This document shows, piece after piece, positions 21,451 through 29,872 of a DNA stretch of 64,000 nucleotides (position 1 is the stretch's first letter; every line of letters begins with the position of its first letter). The notes under the pieces are model-generated. The model had not been told where the DNA came from and did no database searches. It worked only from the letters and a program-made list of their open reading frames with translations. Made by a program: the position numbers and the translations under genes. The stretch comes from an uncultured Methanolobus sp. (GTDB lineage: Archaea; Halobacteriota; Methanosarcinia; Methanosarcinales; Methanosarcinaceae): assembly GCA_963667555.1 (NCBI GenBank), contig OY763421.1:449562-513561 (forward strand). The letters run 5' to 3'.

Positions 21451-21470
21451 GGATTGTGCCGCCTTCGGCG
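21451..21470 (-). repeat. Stand-alone triloop hairpin motif (CGCC-GAA-GGCGGCACAATCC)
   Basis: GGATTGTGCCGCCTTCGGCG on the plus strand. Confidence 0.75.
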
Positions 21471-21543
21471 TGATGTTGCTTTGCTTTTGTGATTATTTTC
21501 GAGGTGGCCAGTTTTAAATATTATTGTGACAACAATTATTGTT

Positions 21544-22968
21544 ATGGCAATAAAATCTGAATTCATTAATCGTACAAAAGAACTGGAGTACATCGAGAAT
21601 GAATATTCTAAAGGTGATTTCAGGTTTATTTCTCTAATTGGAAGAAGGCGGCTCGGCAAAACAAGATTTATTGGAAAGTTTCTTGAGGGAAAAGAAAAGT
21701 ATTGTTATATACTGATCCCTGAATTCAATGGTCCGGATACAAGGATGGAGGTTGCAAAGAGTCTGCATGAGAGTTTTGGTATAAGCTTTCTGGGTTTACC
21801 TTCGTGGGATGAGATATTTGAAAGTTTATTCTCTTTTTCTTGTGAAGAACGGATAATTGTTGTATTTGATGAGTTTCAGCGATTCTCCCGGATAGATAAT
21901 AGTATTTTTTCCTATTTGCAAAAACATATTGACAGGGCAGCCTCAAATTCTAAATTGTTCCTGATGGTGTCTGGTTCTTCTATCGGTATGATGCACCAGA
22001 TATTTGAGTATGCTTCTCCCTTATATGGTCGAAGAACCGGACAGATGTTTTTCGATGCTTTCACGTTTTCTGCATTGACAGACTGGTTTCCTGAGTTATC
22101 TCTGGACATGTGTGTATATATCTATTCGATATATGGCGGGACACCCAAATATCTTGAAGATGTAGAGTCTTCTGTTTTAGAAGACAATATCAAAGCTCTC
22201 CTTTCAGGAACAAGCGTGTTGTATAATGAACCTGAGGTACTACTTAAAACAGAACTCAGAGAAAGTAATACTTATTTCAATATATTGAAAAACATTGCTT
22301 CCGGCATTGTGAGGTCTTCGGAGATCGCAGAAAGTTCGGGTATTAAAAGCACTTCTATTGATTACTATCTTAATATTCTTATCAACGACCTGGATCTTGT
22401 ACGTAAGGAAGTTCCGGTATGTGATAAGAACTCATCCCGTAAGGCTGTCTACTGGATAAATGACAATTTCTTCAGGTTCTGGTTCCGTTTTATATATCCA
22501 TCTATCTCCGAACTGGAGATCGGAAGTTATGAAAGGGTTATGCGTAAGATCGACTCTGAGCTTGATACCTTTACAGCTCCTGTATTTGAGGATATATGTA
22601 AGCAGTTCCTTATTGAGCTGAACAGGAATGAGCTTCTTCCTTTTGTATTTGAGAAAATTGGCAGACAGTGGGGCAAGTTCAAAGGAGAGCCAGGAAAGAA
22701 CGTATATGAAATAGATCTTGTTGCTATCAATTCGAACTCAAAGGAAATATTGTTAACTGAGTGTAAATGGAACAAACAGAAGGTGGGTTCGGAGGTTATA
22801 ACGGAACTTCTGTATAAGGCAGAATATGTAAACTGGTATTCCCGGGAAAGAAAAGAATATTTTGCAGTGTTTTCAAGATCAGGTTTTACTTCGGCTGCGC
22901 AGTCACTTGCAAAGGAAAGGGGTGTATTGCTCTTTGATCTTGGAGATATTGGGGGTGTTATGGGTTAG
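21544..22968 (+). CDS. Archaeal AAA ATPase with DUF234-like region and C-terminal PD-(D/E)xK nuclease-like domain
   Basis: FINR..E, Walker A GRRRLGKT, Walker B VVFDEFQ, GRRTGQ, EIDLVA..ECKW; ATG 21544 preferred over GTG 21526. Confidence 0.85.
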   Translation: MAIKSEFINRTKELEYIENEYSKGDFRFISLIGRRRLGKTRFIGKFLEGKEKYCYILIPEFNGPDTRMEVAKSLHESFGISFLGLPSWDEIFESLFSFSCEERIIVVFDEFQRFSRIDNSIFSYLQKHIDRAASNSKLFLMVSGSSIGMMHQIFEYASPLYGRRTGQMFFDAFTFSALTDWFPELSLDMCVYIYSIYGGTPKYLEDVESSVLEDNIKALLSGTSVLYNEPEVLLKTELRESNTYFNILKNIASGIVRSSEIAESSGIKSTSIDYYLNILINDLDLVRKEVPVCDKNSSRKAVYWINDNFFRFWFRFIYPSISELEIGSYERVMRKIDSELDTFTAPVFEDICKQFLIELNRNELLPFVFEKIGRQWGKFKGEPGKNVYEIDLVAINSNSKEILLTECKWNKQKVGSEVITELLYKAEYVNWYSRERKEYFAVFSRSGFTSAAQSLAKERGVLLFDLGDIGGVMG

Positions 22969-23042
22969 CACTTCCATTGCAACTGAATATAATCATACGG
23001 GGGAATATCAAACTTTATCTATATCTTTCACTTATTCTCTTT

Positions 23043-25364
23043 ATGTCCAAACAGATCATTGATTCTATTCACCGCTTGCTGAGGTCTGCCTCTTTATCCC
23101 TTGAAAAACAAAAGTATGACAAAGTTCTTGAGATCCTGGAAAAGGCTGAAAAACAATTAAAAGGCAAAGATGAACCTCAACTTGTCCATATGACTCTGCT
23201 GCTTAAAGGAAGGGTGTATGAGGATACTGAAAAGCTGAATGAAGCTCTGGATATTTACAAAAATGCTTTTGAGCTTTCATCAGAGTTGTTCTTTAAAGAT
23301 CGTGCTGATCATACATCTCAGGAAGCTCTTGCAGATTCTATTCTTTCGGTTGCCCGCATTCTTGGGAAAATTGATGAAAATGCACTTGCTGAGGGCATTT
23401 GTGAAAATGAGAAAGCGATATTTGGGAAAATATGTGAGGAATATGCGGGGCTCTTTAGTTATAAGCCGGATGATATTGAATATTTAGCCAATTACTTAAG
23501 GATAGGTTCAGGTATTGTGTTCTGCTACATGGTGGCTCTGAGGGCTGAAAGCCAGTTACCGCTTGTACTGGATATCATGGACACCTATGGGAAGATAATA
23601 GAATTGGATCCAGATGACCCGGATATTTCCGATGGTCTGCATGCGCTGGCAGAGCAGTTTGCAGATTACTGCATGGACCATGGTCATACGGAAGAAGCAA
23701 AGCAGGTATATGGGAAATTGCAGGATATTTCTGAAAACGTTCTTAACAGCAGGCCAGATGATGACGTGCTGGTCGGTTTGATGGTGAATACATACAATCT
23801 TATGGCTTCTTTCTACGCTAAGATCAGTGAGACGGAACAAGCTTGTCAATATTATATGAAATCTCTTTCCATGCTTGATAGCCGTCTTAGCGGGGAAGAT
23901 GACAATCATTTCTACCTACTTTCCCGCAGCAGAATGTTTGTGAAAATGGGGCTGCTTTTTTCAGGATCTGAAGATTACGACAAAGCAAGACTCTATTATG
24001 GGGAGGCACTGGAAGTTTTCGAAGATCTCTTTGAGTTGCCACAGAAATATGGTTTTTTATTTGATGATTATATTGAACTGCTTGAGGATATTGCGGTATT
24101 CTTTGAGGAAAACGGTCCATTCAATGAAGCGCTCAGATGCTATCTGAATGAGGTACGGGTCTTTAATTCCATGATAGAAGCAGATATAGATGTAACCGAT
24201 AATAAATTGTATATTGCAGATACCTATGACCAGATAGCAAAGCTATATGGGTTTGAAGAAGATACGGAAAAAGCAAAAGAATACTTTGAAAAAGAACTGG
24301 CTGTTTATGATGAACTGCATTTGGAGGATCCGGAAGAGGCCGACTATGATATAGACATTGCACGTACTTTCGATTCCATGGGACTTCTTTACTCAGACAG
24401 TGACGAGGAGCTTGCAAAGGACTACTATCAGAAAGCTCTGGATATCTTTAAGCGTGTAGGTGCTGAGGCTCCTGGACATGTGGGAATGTTGCTGGGTAAT
24501 GTAAGAACTCTGAAAAACCTTGGCAACTTCTATAATGACCGGGATCAATATGATACTGCAATTTCCTTCCTGCGCCAGGCTATTGATATTCTTGAGGAAA
24601 TAGTAAAAGGCTCACCGGATAAGGGCGTGCTTTTTGTGGAACTTGGAAAGCTGTACACTGCTCTGGCTGGTATCTATGATATTACAGGGGCTGCAGCTAT
24701 GTCAGGGGAATTCCACGCAAAAGCGATTGATAAGTACTCATATCTTCTTTTTGATGAAAACTGTACCCTGTATACCAGGGATCGGCTGGCAGGGGAGATC
24801 CTGCTTACAGGTAGTGTTTACATGCATGCCGAAAAATATGATGTCTCAATGTCATATCTGGAACTTTGCAACAGATATTATGAGAATATCTGCAAAAGGG
24901 ATATGAGCAACATTGAAATTGTGGAGTGTCTCGCCAGGACACTGCGGCAGATAGGGTTCATTAAGTTCAGTACCGGCTTGCCGGAAGAGGCCATCAGTAA
25001 GTATGAGAGTTCTTTGGTACTTCTGGAAGTTGCAGCCAGGGATAATGCTGATGATCTGGTTATTCTGAGCAATACCGCAACGGCATATGTGTGGCTTGCA
25101 GAGGCCTACTGTGCTGTTGATAAGTTAGAGTTGTCAAAGCAGGCTTTTGAAAAGTCAATTGATACGCTGGAAGATATCCTGGCAAAATACCCGGAACAGC
25201 ATTATTTATTCCTTGACCTGCAGATAAAAGCGTTTAGCGGATATGCAGATGTTCTTTCCAAGGCAGGAAAGACTGAAGAAGCTATAGTATATGATACTAA
25301 GGCCAAAGAGCTGCGCAGTGATTTTGAAAAGTTGTTTCAGGATGACGAGTGCATTAGTGATTGA
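23043..25364 (+). CDS. Large tetratricopeptide-repeat protein
   Basis: Repeated helical A..YY..AL.I / LG..Y motifs along ~770 aa; no catalytic motif recognised. Confidence 0.75.
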   Translation: MSKQIIDSIHRLLRSASLSLEKQKYDKVLEILEKAEKQLKGKDEPQLVHMTLLLKGRVYEDTEKLNEALDIYKNAFELSSELFFKDRADHTSQEALADSILSVARILGKIDENALAEGICENEKAIFGKICEEYAGLFSYKPDDIEYLANYLRIGSGIVFCYMVALRAESQLPLVLDIMDTYGKIIELDPDDPDISDGLHALAEQFADYCMDHGHTEEAKQVYGKLQDISENVLNSRPDDDVLVGLMVNTYNLMASFYAKISETEQACQYYMKSLSMLDSRLSGEDDNHFYLLSRSRMFVKMGLLFSGSEDYDKARLYYGEALEVFEDLFELPQKYGFLFDDYIELLEDIAVFFEENGPFNEALRCYLNEVRVFNSMIEADIDVTDNKLYIADTYDQIAKLYGFEEDTEKAKEYFEKELAVYDELHLEDPEEADYDIDIARTFDSMGLLYSDSDEELAKDYYQKALDIFKRVGAEAPGHVGMLLGNVRTLKNLGNFYNDRDQYDTAISFLRQAIDILEEIVKGSPDKGVLFVELGKLYTALAGIYDITGAAAMSGEFHAKAIDKYSYLLFDENCTLYTRDRLAGEILLTGSVYMHAEKYDVSMSYLELCNRYYENICKRDMSNIEIVECLARTLRQIGFIKFSTGLPEEAISKYESSLVLLEVAARDNADDLVILSNTATAYVWLAEAYCAVDKLELSKQAFEKSIDTLEDILAKYPEQHYLFLDLQIKAFSGYADVLSKAGKTEEAIVYDTKAKELRSDFEKLFQDDECISD

Positions 25365-25710
25365 ACCTTCTGTATGAACCTGTAGAAATGAGGTTTATAT
25401 CCAGGCATGGTCCGGATACTTAGTTATCCGGGGCCACTTCCTCTTAAAAAAAAGATTTCATGGATAAGAATACTTCTTCTAAAACTTGCTGATAAACGTA
25501 TTAGATTTTAGCTAAAACTTACCGATATAACAGGTAGATTTTTACAAATCATTCGTTTGACTGGTATTGTGGACTAAAGAGTGATACTGGAGATACTCAT
25601 TGATTGGAATTTCCGGGTATGGTTGCTTGAGTAGTTGTTTGAGATCAAAACTAAAGCCTAATGTTTTACTGGCAAGCCTCATGTATTTCAGTTATATTTT
25701 GATTTGCATT

Positions 25711-25761
25711 CAGCTGATATCTTTCTTTTTCAGTGGCATCGGACCGTGCCGCCTTTGGCGG
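25711..25761 (-). repeat. Triloop hairpin motif (CCGCC-AAA-GGCGG) with flank shared with 27201-27250
   Basis: CTGATATCTTTCTTTTTCAGTGGCATCGGACCGTGCCGCCTTTGGCGG. Confidence 0.7.
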
Positions 25762-25892
25762 GGCGGTTGCATTGGTTTTGCGATTTATCCAGATTTATAG
25801 ATTCAGAAAAGGTTGGATAAGAATACGATGAAGCTCCTAGGACACACTGACCAGTAACAAATTAATATAGCAGAAACACTGATGAGTAATAT

Positions 25893-26099
25893 ATGCAGTA
25901 TACAATAGTTCTTGAGATCGCAGAGGAAGGAGGATACACTGTCCGCTGTCTGGAACTCCCGGCAGCGATAAGTGAAGGCGATACTAAAAAAGAAGCACTG
26001 GAAAACATCAAAGAAGCCATTGAGCTTGTGCTTGAAGTTACAAAGGAGCAGGCTGGGGTTCTTGGCGAAATAACTAAGGTTGATGTTGCAAGTGCCTGA
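25893..26099 (+). CDS. hicB: HicB-family antitoxin
   Basis: EEGGYTV.C.ELP..ISEGDT.KEALENIKEAIEL. Confidence 0.9.
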   Translation: MQYTIVLEIAEEGGYTVRCLELPAAISEGDTKKEALENIKEAIELVLEVTKEQAGVLGEITKVDVASA

Positions 26100-26310
26100 A
26101 TTTCCAGTAACTTCAGGAAAGAAAGCTATTAAAGCCCTGACAAAAATGGGCTTTGTTGTTGTCAGGCAAAAAGGAAGCCACGTCTTTTTGCAGCGTGGAC
26201 AGGATACTGTAACTATGCCGTTGCACAGTCCTCTTAAAAAGGGAACTCTCAACAGCGTTCTCAAACAGGGCAATGTTCCTTTGGAAGAGTTTCTGTATTA
26301 TTTGAAATAA
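26080..26310 (+). CDS. hicA: HicA-family toxin (probable start GTG 26092)
   Basis: GF..VRQKGSHVFL..VTMP.H..LKKGTL. Confidence 0.9.
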   Translation: MMLQVPEFPVTSGKKAIKALTKMGFVVVRQKGSHVFLQRGQDTVTMPLHSPLKKGTLNSVLKQGNVPLEEFLYYLK

Positions 26311-26312
26311 TG

Positions 26313-26559
26313 TCAGTATTTCAACAGTCCCGCGTATTCATTGTTAGTTACTGTTACCACATTTGTTTTGTTTATTTCATTAAGTGTTGCTCTTTGAGAG
26401 GACGTGCAAGTTTTTTGTTTGAGTGAAAAGGGATCGTAGTTGTTCTACAATCTGCATGCCTGTAAAATGCATGACTACCTTTTTGACGGGTCTTTTCAAA
26501 ACCAATCTTGTGTAATATCTTTTCCATCTCTTTGGCATCTACAGTGGCAACCTGGTCAT
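26313..26559 (-). pseudogene. hicA: Frameshifted HicA toxin
   Basis: The ATG overlapping the hicB stop reads MTRLPL*; the shifted frame reads VDAKEMEKILHKIGFEKTRQKGSHAFYRH..TTIPFH..LARPL; a second shift follows RPL. Confidence 0.8.
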
Positions 26560-26780
26560 ACAGTTACCTCTATCTGTGAAACGCCCACAAACTCAGGGAT
26601 AGAGACTTTTTCTTCGGGATCCATTTCTTCAAGACAAAGTTCGATAACCTCTTTCAACCTGACATTCAGTTCGTCAAGTGTGTCAGCCTGGGTATGAGCT
26701 CCGGGAATTCCTGGTACGATAGCAACATAGCAGCCGGTTTCAGGATCCTTCTCTATATATGCAGTATATTTAGTCATCAT
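26556..26780 (-). CDS. hicB: HicB-family antitoxin
   Basis: YVAIVPGIPGAHTQADTLDEL..LKEVIEL. Confidence 0.9.
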   Translation of the reverse strand: MMTKYTAYIEKDPETGCYVAIVPGIPGAHTQADTLDELNVRLKEVIELCLEEMDPEEKVSIPEFVGVSQIEVTV

Positions 26781-26874
26781 CTAATAACCTGTTCTTTATC
26801 TGCTTCTTTACTAGTAACTATGCTGGAATACAATATGGTCGCTCAGTAAATGAAGAATGGTTGTTTGGTGTTTT

Positions 26875-27183
26875 GGCTCTGTAGAAATCCTGCCATTAAA
26901 ACTGAAAGGCAAGACCTTCATGAAAATTAGAATTAACCCGAAGGGTCCGGCGAAGCCGGCGTTTTCCCATCAGTCAGTACTAAATAATTGACATGTTGCA
27001 GTGGAATACTTTCTTTGCACGCCTTCTGTAGAATCCTCAGGCATGAATGCAATTTTCTCTGTGAAGGGATTGGAATGTGCCGCCTTCGGCGGATGGTTGC
27101 TTTGTTTTTAGATTGCAAATTTTTTGTGGAATTAAATTAGGCAAAGACTGTATCAGTCAAATAAACAGGATTTATGCAGAGCC
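26875..27183 (-). mobile_element. Repeat family A (MITE-like), copy 3, 309 bp with 18-bp TIRs
   Basis: GGCTCTGTAGAAATCCTG (26875-26892) versus CAGGATTTATGCAGAGCC (27166-27183): 16/18 inverted match; both internal GC hairpins present. Confidence 0.8.
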
Positions 27184-27200
27184 GATATTTTGATTCCACT

Positions 27201-27250
27201 CTGATAATCTTTCTTATTTCAGTGGCATTGAAATGTGCTACCTTTAATCG
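27201..27250 (-). repeat. Degenerate copy of the hairpin element
   Basis: CTGATAATCTTTCTTATTTCAGTGGCATTGAAATGTGCTACCTTTAATCG parallels 25711-25761 but the stem is eroded. Confidence 0.55.
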
Positions 27251-27420
27251 TATAGTCACTTTAGTTCTGTGATAATTATTGCATACTCATCAATGTACTG
27301 AAAATTACATCAATGCCCTGCATTCTATTTCCTGCTACATTTTGCACAGATTATATTCAGAAAACTATATATTAATATAGATTATAATTATATTTGCAGG
27401 TTTTAATAAGAGGGATAAAC

Positions 27421-27600
27421 ATGAAATGCAAATTCTACGATAAGTGTGAGTACGCCAGTTCCAGTGCCATGACATGCAGCGAGGACGGCGGTGGAAGTTA
27501 TTGTGGTAAGTACAGGGTGTTTGTTCTGCAGGCAAACATGACTTGTTCTTCCAGCTTATTCTCTAATTCTTTTCTTAATTTGAGGGAAATCCTTTCCTGA
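27421..27600 (+). CDS. Small Cys-rich protein (59 aa)
   Basis: GAGGGA RBS before ATG; MKCKFYDKCEY..MTC..GGSYCGKY. Confidence 0.55.
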   Translation: MKCKFYDKCEYASSSAMTCSEDGGGSYCGKYRVFVLQANMTCSSSLFSNSFLNLREILS

Positions 27601-27907
27601 TCTTTTCTTTTAACTTTCATTAGAAATGTCTAGTATTCTGTTATTAATGTTAATTTGATAATATAATAGTAGTTTTGTATTCTATTTTTTAGTAATTGTA
27701 TATCATATATTCAGTTCTTTTTTGATATTTTGGTTGTAAATCTGTTATTCATATAGAACAATTTGATAACTGTGTATATGTGTTCATTTTACTTTTAAAA
27801 TCTAGAAAATCAATTGTTCATTAAAAACCGCGCTGTTTAATATCGGTTTTGATATTCAGTTTGTATTATATTTATTAAAAATATACATTTTGCGTGTATA
27901 TTTTTTA

Positions 27908-27920
27908 GAAAGTTTTATAT
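27908..27920 (+). promoter_or_regulatory. BRE-TATA promoter of the GT2 cassette-1 plus arm
   Basis: GAAAGTTTTATAT; near-identical to 35669-35681. Confidence 0.5.
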
Positions 27921-28035
27921 TAAATAAACAATGTTAATGGTGATTGGATGAGTGTTACAGTATATACAATGATGTTTGCATATAAGCAGCTCTTTAGCGC
28001 ATGCTGTGAACATAATACGGAAAAGTGGTACTAAA

Positions 28036-28929
28036 ATGACTATAGTTGCTGTGATCCCTGCATTTAATGAGGAAATTGCTATTGGGAGCGTTATTGCTCG
28101 ATCGAGGCAATATGTTGATGAAGTTCTAGTTGTTGATGATGGCAGTGTAGATTGCACTGCAAAAATTGCAGAATTGATGGGCGCAACTGTTATTCGCCAT
28201 GAGCAGAATTCTGGAAAAGGAGTGGCCCTTCGCACTGCTTTCAGGTGGGCTCAGCATAATGATGTAGATGTAGTGGTTACTCTTGATGCAGATGGGCAAC
28301 ACAACCCTGATGAGATCAGTGGTGTGCTGGCCCCGATTCTGGAGGAGGATGCCGATGTTGTAAATGGTGCACGCTTTCTTGATGGACATTGCATCGATGT
28401 TCCAAAATACCGTAGAGTAGGACAGGAAGTTCTTACGTTTGCTACTAATATCACATGTGATGTAAAATTGAATGATTCACAAAGTGGTTTCAGGGCATTT
28501 AGCAAAAAAACATTTGGTGTTTTCAAGTTTAGCGATGAAGGGATGGGTGTTGAATCTGAAATGATCTCAGATGCAGCTGCTGCAGGCTTTAAGATAGTTG
28601 AAGTTCCGATCAGTTGCAGATACGATGTGGATGGTTCATCTCTTAACCCGGTAAAGCATGGATTTTCCGTATTGAATTGTATTGTAAACCAGTTTCAGAG
28701 AAAACATCCATTGTTGTATTTTGGTTTACCGGGTGTTGCACTCACAGTTGTAGGATTATTTTTAGGTTTTTGGACTGTTTATGGGTACAAAGTAGGAGAT
28801 TCATTCTGGATAGGTAAGTCTCTATTGGCCATGACTTTTATTCTGCTTGGAACATTCAGCATTTTCAGTGGCCTAATCTTGAATTCTCTGGCTCTTCACA
28901 TTAATCAAATAAGCAAGAAGGATGTGTAA
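28036..28929 (+). CDS. GT2 glycosyltransferase, polyprenol-phosphate glycosyltransferase (DPM1-like) with C-terminal TM helices
   Basis: IPAFNEE, VDDGS.D, GKG.AL, TLDADGQH, DSQSGFR. Confidence 0.9.
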   Translation: MTIVAVIPAFNEEIAIGSVIARSRQYVDEVLVVDDGSVDCTAKIAELMGATVIRHEQNSGKGVALRTAFRWAQHNDVDVVVTLDADGQHNPDEISGVLAPILEEDADVVNGARFLDGHCIDVPKYRRVGQEVLTFATNITCDVKLNDSQSGFRAFSKKTFGVFKFSDEGMGVESEMISDAAAAGFKIVEVPISCRYDVDGSSLNPVKHGFSVLNCIVNQFQRKHPLLYFGLPGVALTVVGLFLGFWTVYGYKVGDSFWIGKSLLAMTFILLGTFSIFSGLILNSLALHINQISKKDV

Positions 28930-29855
28930 GAATAATACTAAGTGCGGTTGTAAGTGCTTTTTCATTAGTCAGGATCGGTGACTTAATTGATTTACTAGAT
29001 GGTTTATCAAGACAGACCTACGGGGATTTTGAAGTAATTGTTGTTATTGATGAAAGTGAAGAGTTATTTTCAAAAATTAATGACTACATTAAAATAAACA
29101 ACTATGATAATGTGATCACATTATTTAATCCTGAAAACAAAGGTTTATCGTACAGCAGGAATTTAGGTTTAAGTAAAGCTAACGGTGAGATCATAGCTTT
29201 TATAGATGATGATGCTGTTCCTTATCCTTATTGGGCAAAATCAATAATTGAAACTTTTGAGACCGATGATAATATAGGGGCAGCAACTGGTGATATTGTT
29301 CCTCTTTGGGAAAATGAAAGTATGTCCTGGTTTCCATATGAACTCCGTTGGATGATAAGCTGTTCGTATGTGATGACTCCTTCCTCTAAACAAGAAGTCG
29401 AACGTGGTTTTGGTACAAACATGGTTTTTAGAAAAATTGTGTTTGAAAAAATGGGTGTTTTCGATACAAACTTTGGTATAAATGGCAAAAAATGGGTTGG
29501 TGGTGAAGATACTGACATGTTTTTGCGTGTCAAAAAACTTGGAATGCAAGTTATTTTCAATCCTGATATAAGGATTCATCACAAAATATATTCTCACAGA
29601 ATTTATCTAAAGAATATCATGAAAAGAGCATATAATGGTGGTTATTCTGTTGCCTTGATGAAAAAACGTGTTAATTATGAACTAAGTGATTCAACAGAAA
29701 ACAAATATCTGGGTAAATTATGCAAATATGGACTAAAATCACTTTTTGGAACCTTTAGTTTGAAACCCTTGATTCCTTTCAAACAATTTATATACGTGAG
29801 TTCTGTTCTTACGTTTGAATTTGTTGGTTTTTCAGTTGGTTACTTTGAAAAATAA
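28922..29855 (+). CDS. GT2 glycosyltransferase; N-terminus lacks an in-frame canonical start
   Basis: Frame open from 28905: IILSAVVSAFS..QTYGDFEVIVVID..SRNLG..AFIDDDA..GGEDTD. The first in-frame ATG/GTG/TTG is 29112; the ATG at 28922 is one base out of frame. Confidence 0.75.
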
Positions 29856-29872
29856 AGTTGGTATAGGTTTGT

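Noticed and set aside
25380-25394. TGTAGAAAT after the TPR gene, and CTTTGTAGAA at the tails of repeat B, as extra MITE termini
   Set aside because: Matches are only 9-10 bp in AT-rich DNA with no adjoining element body; too weak to call
26539-26541. Pyrrolysine readthrough of the early TAG in pseudo-hicA
   Set aside because: HicA homology continues in a different frame, so readthrough would not restore the protein
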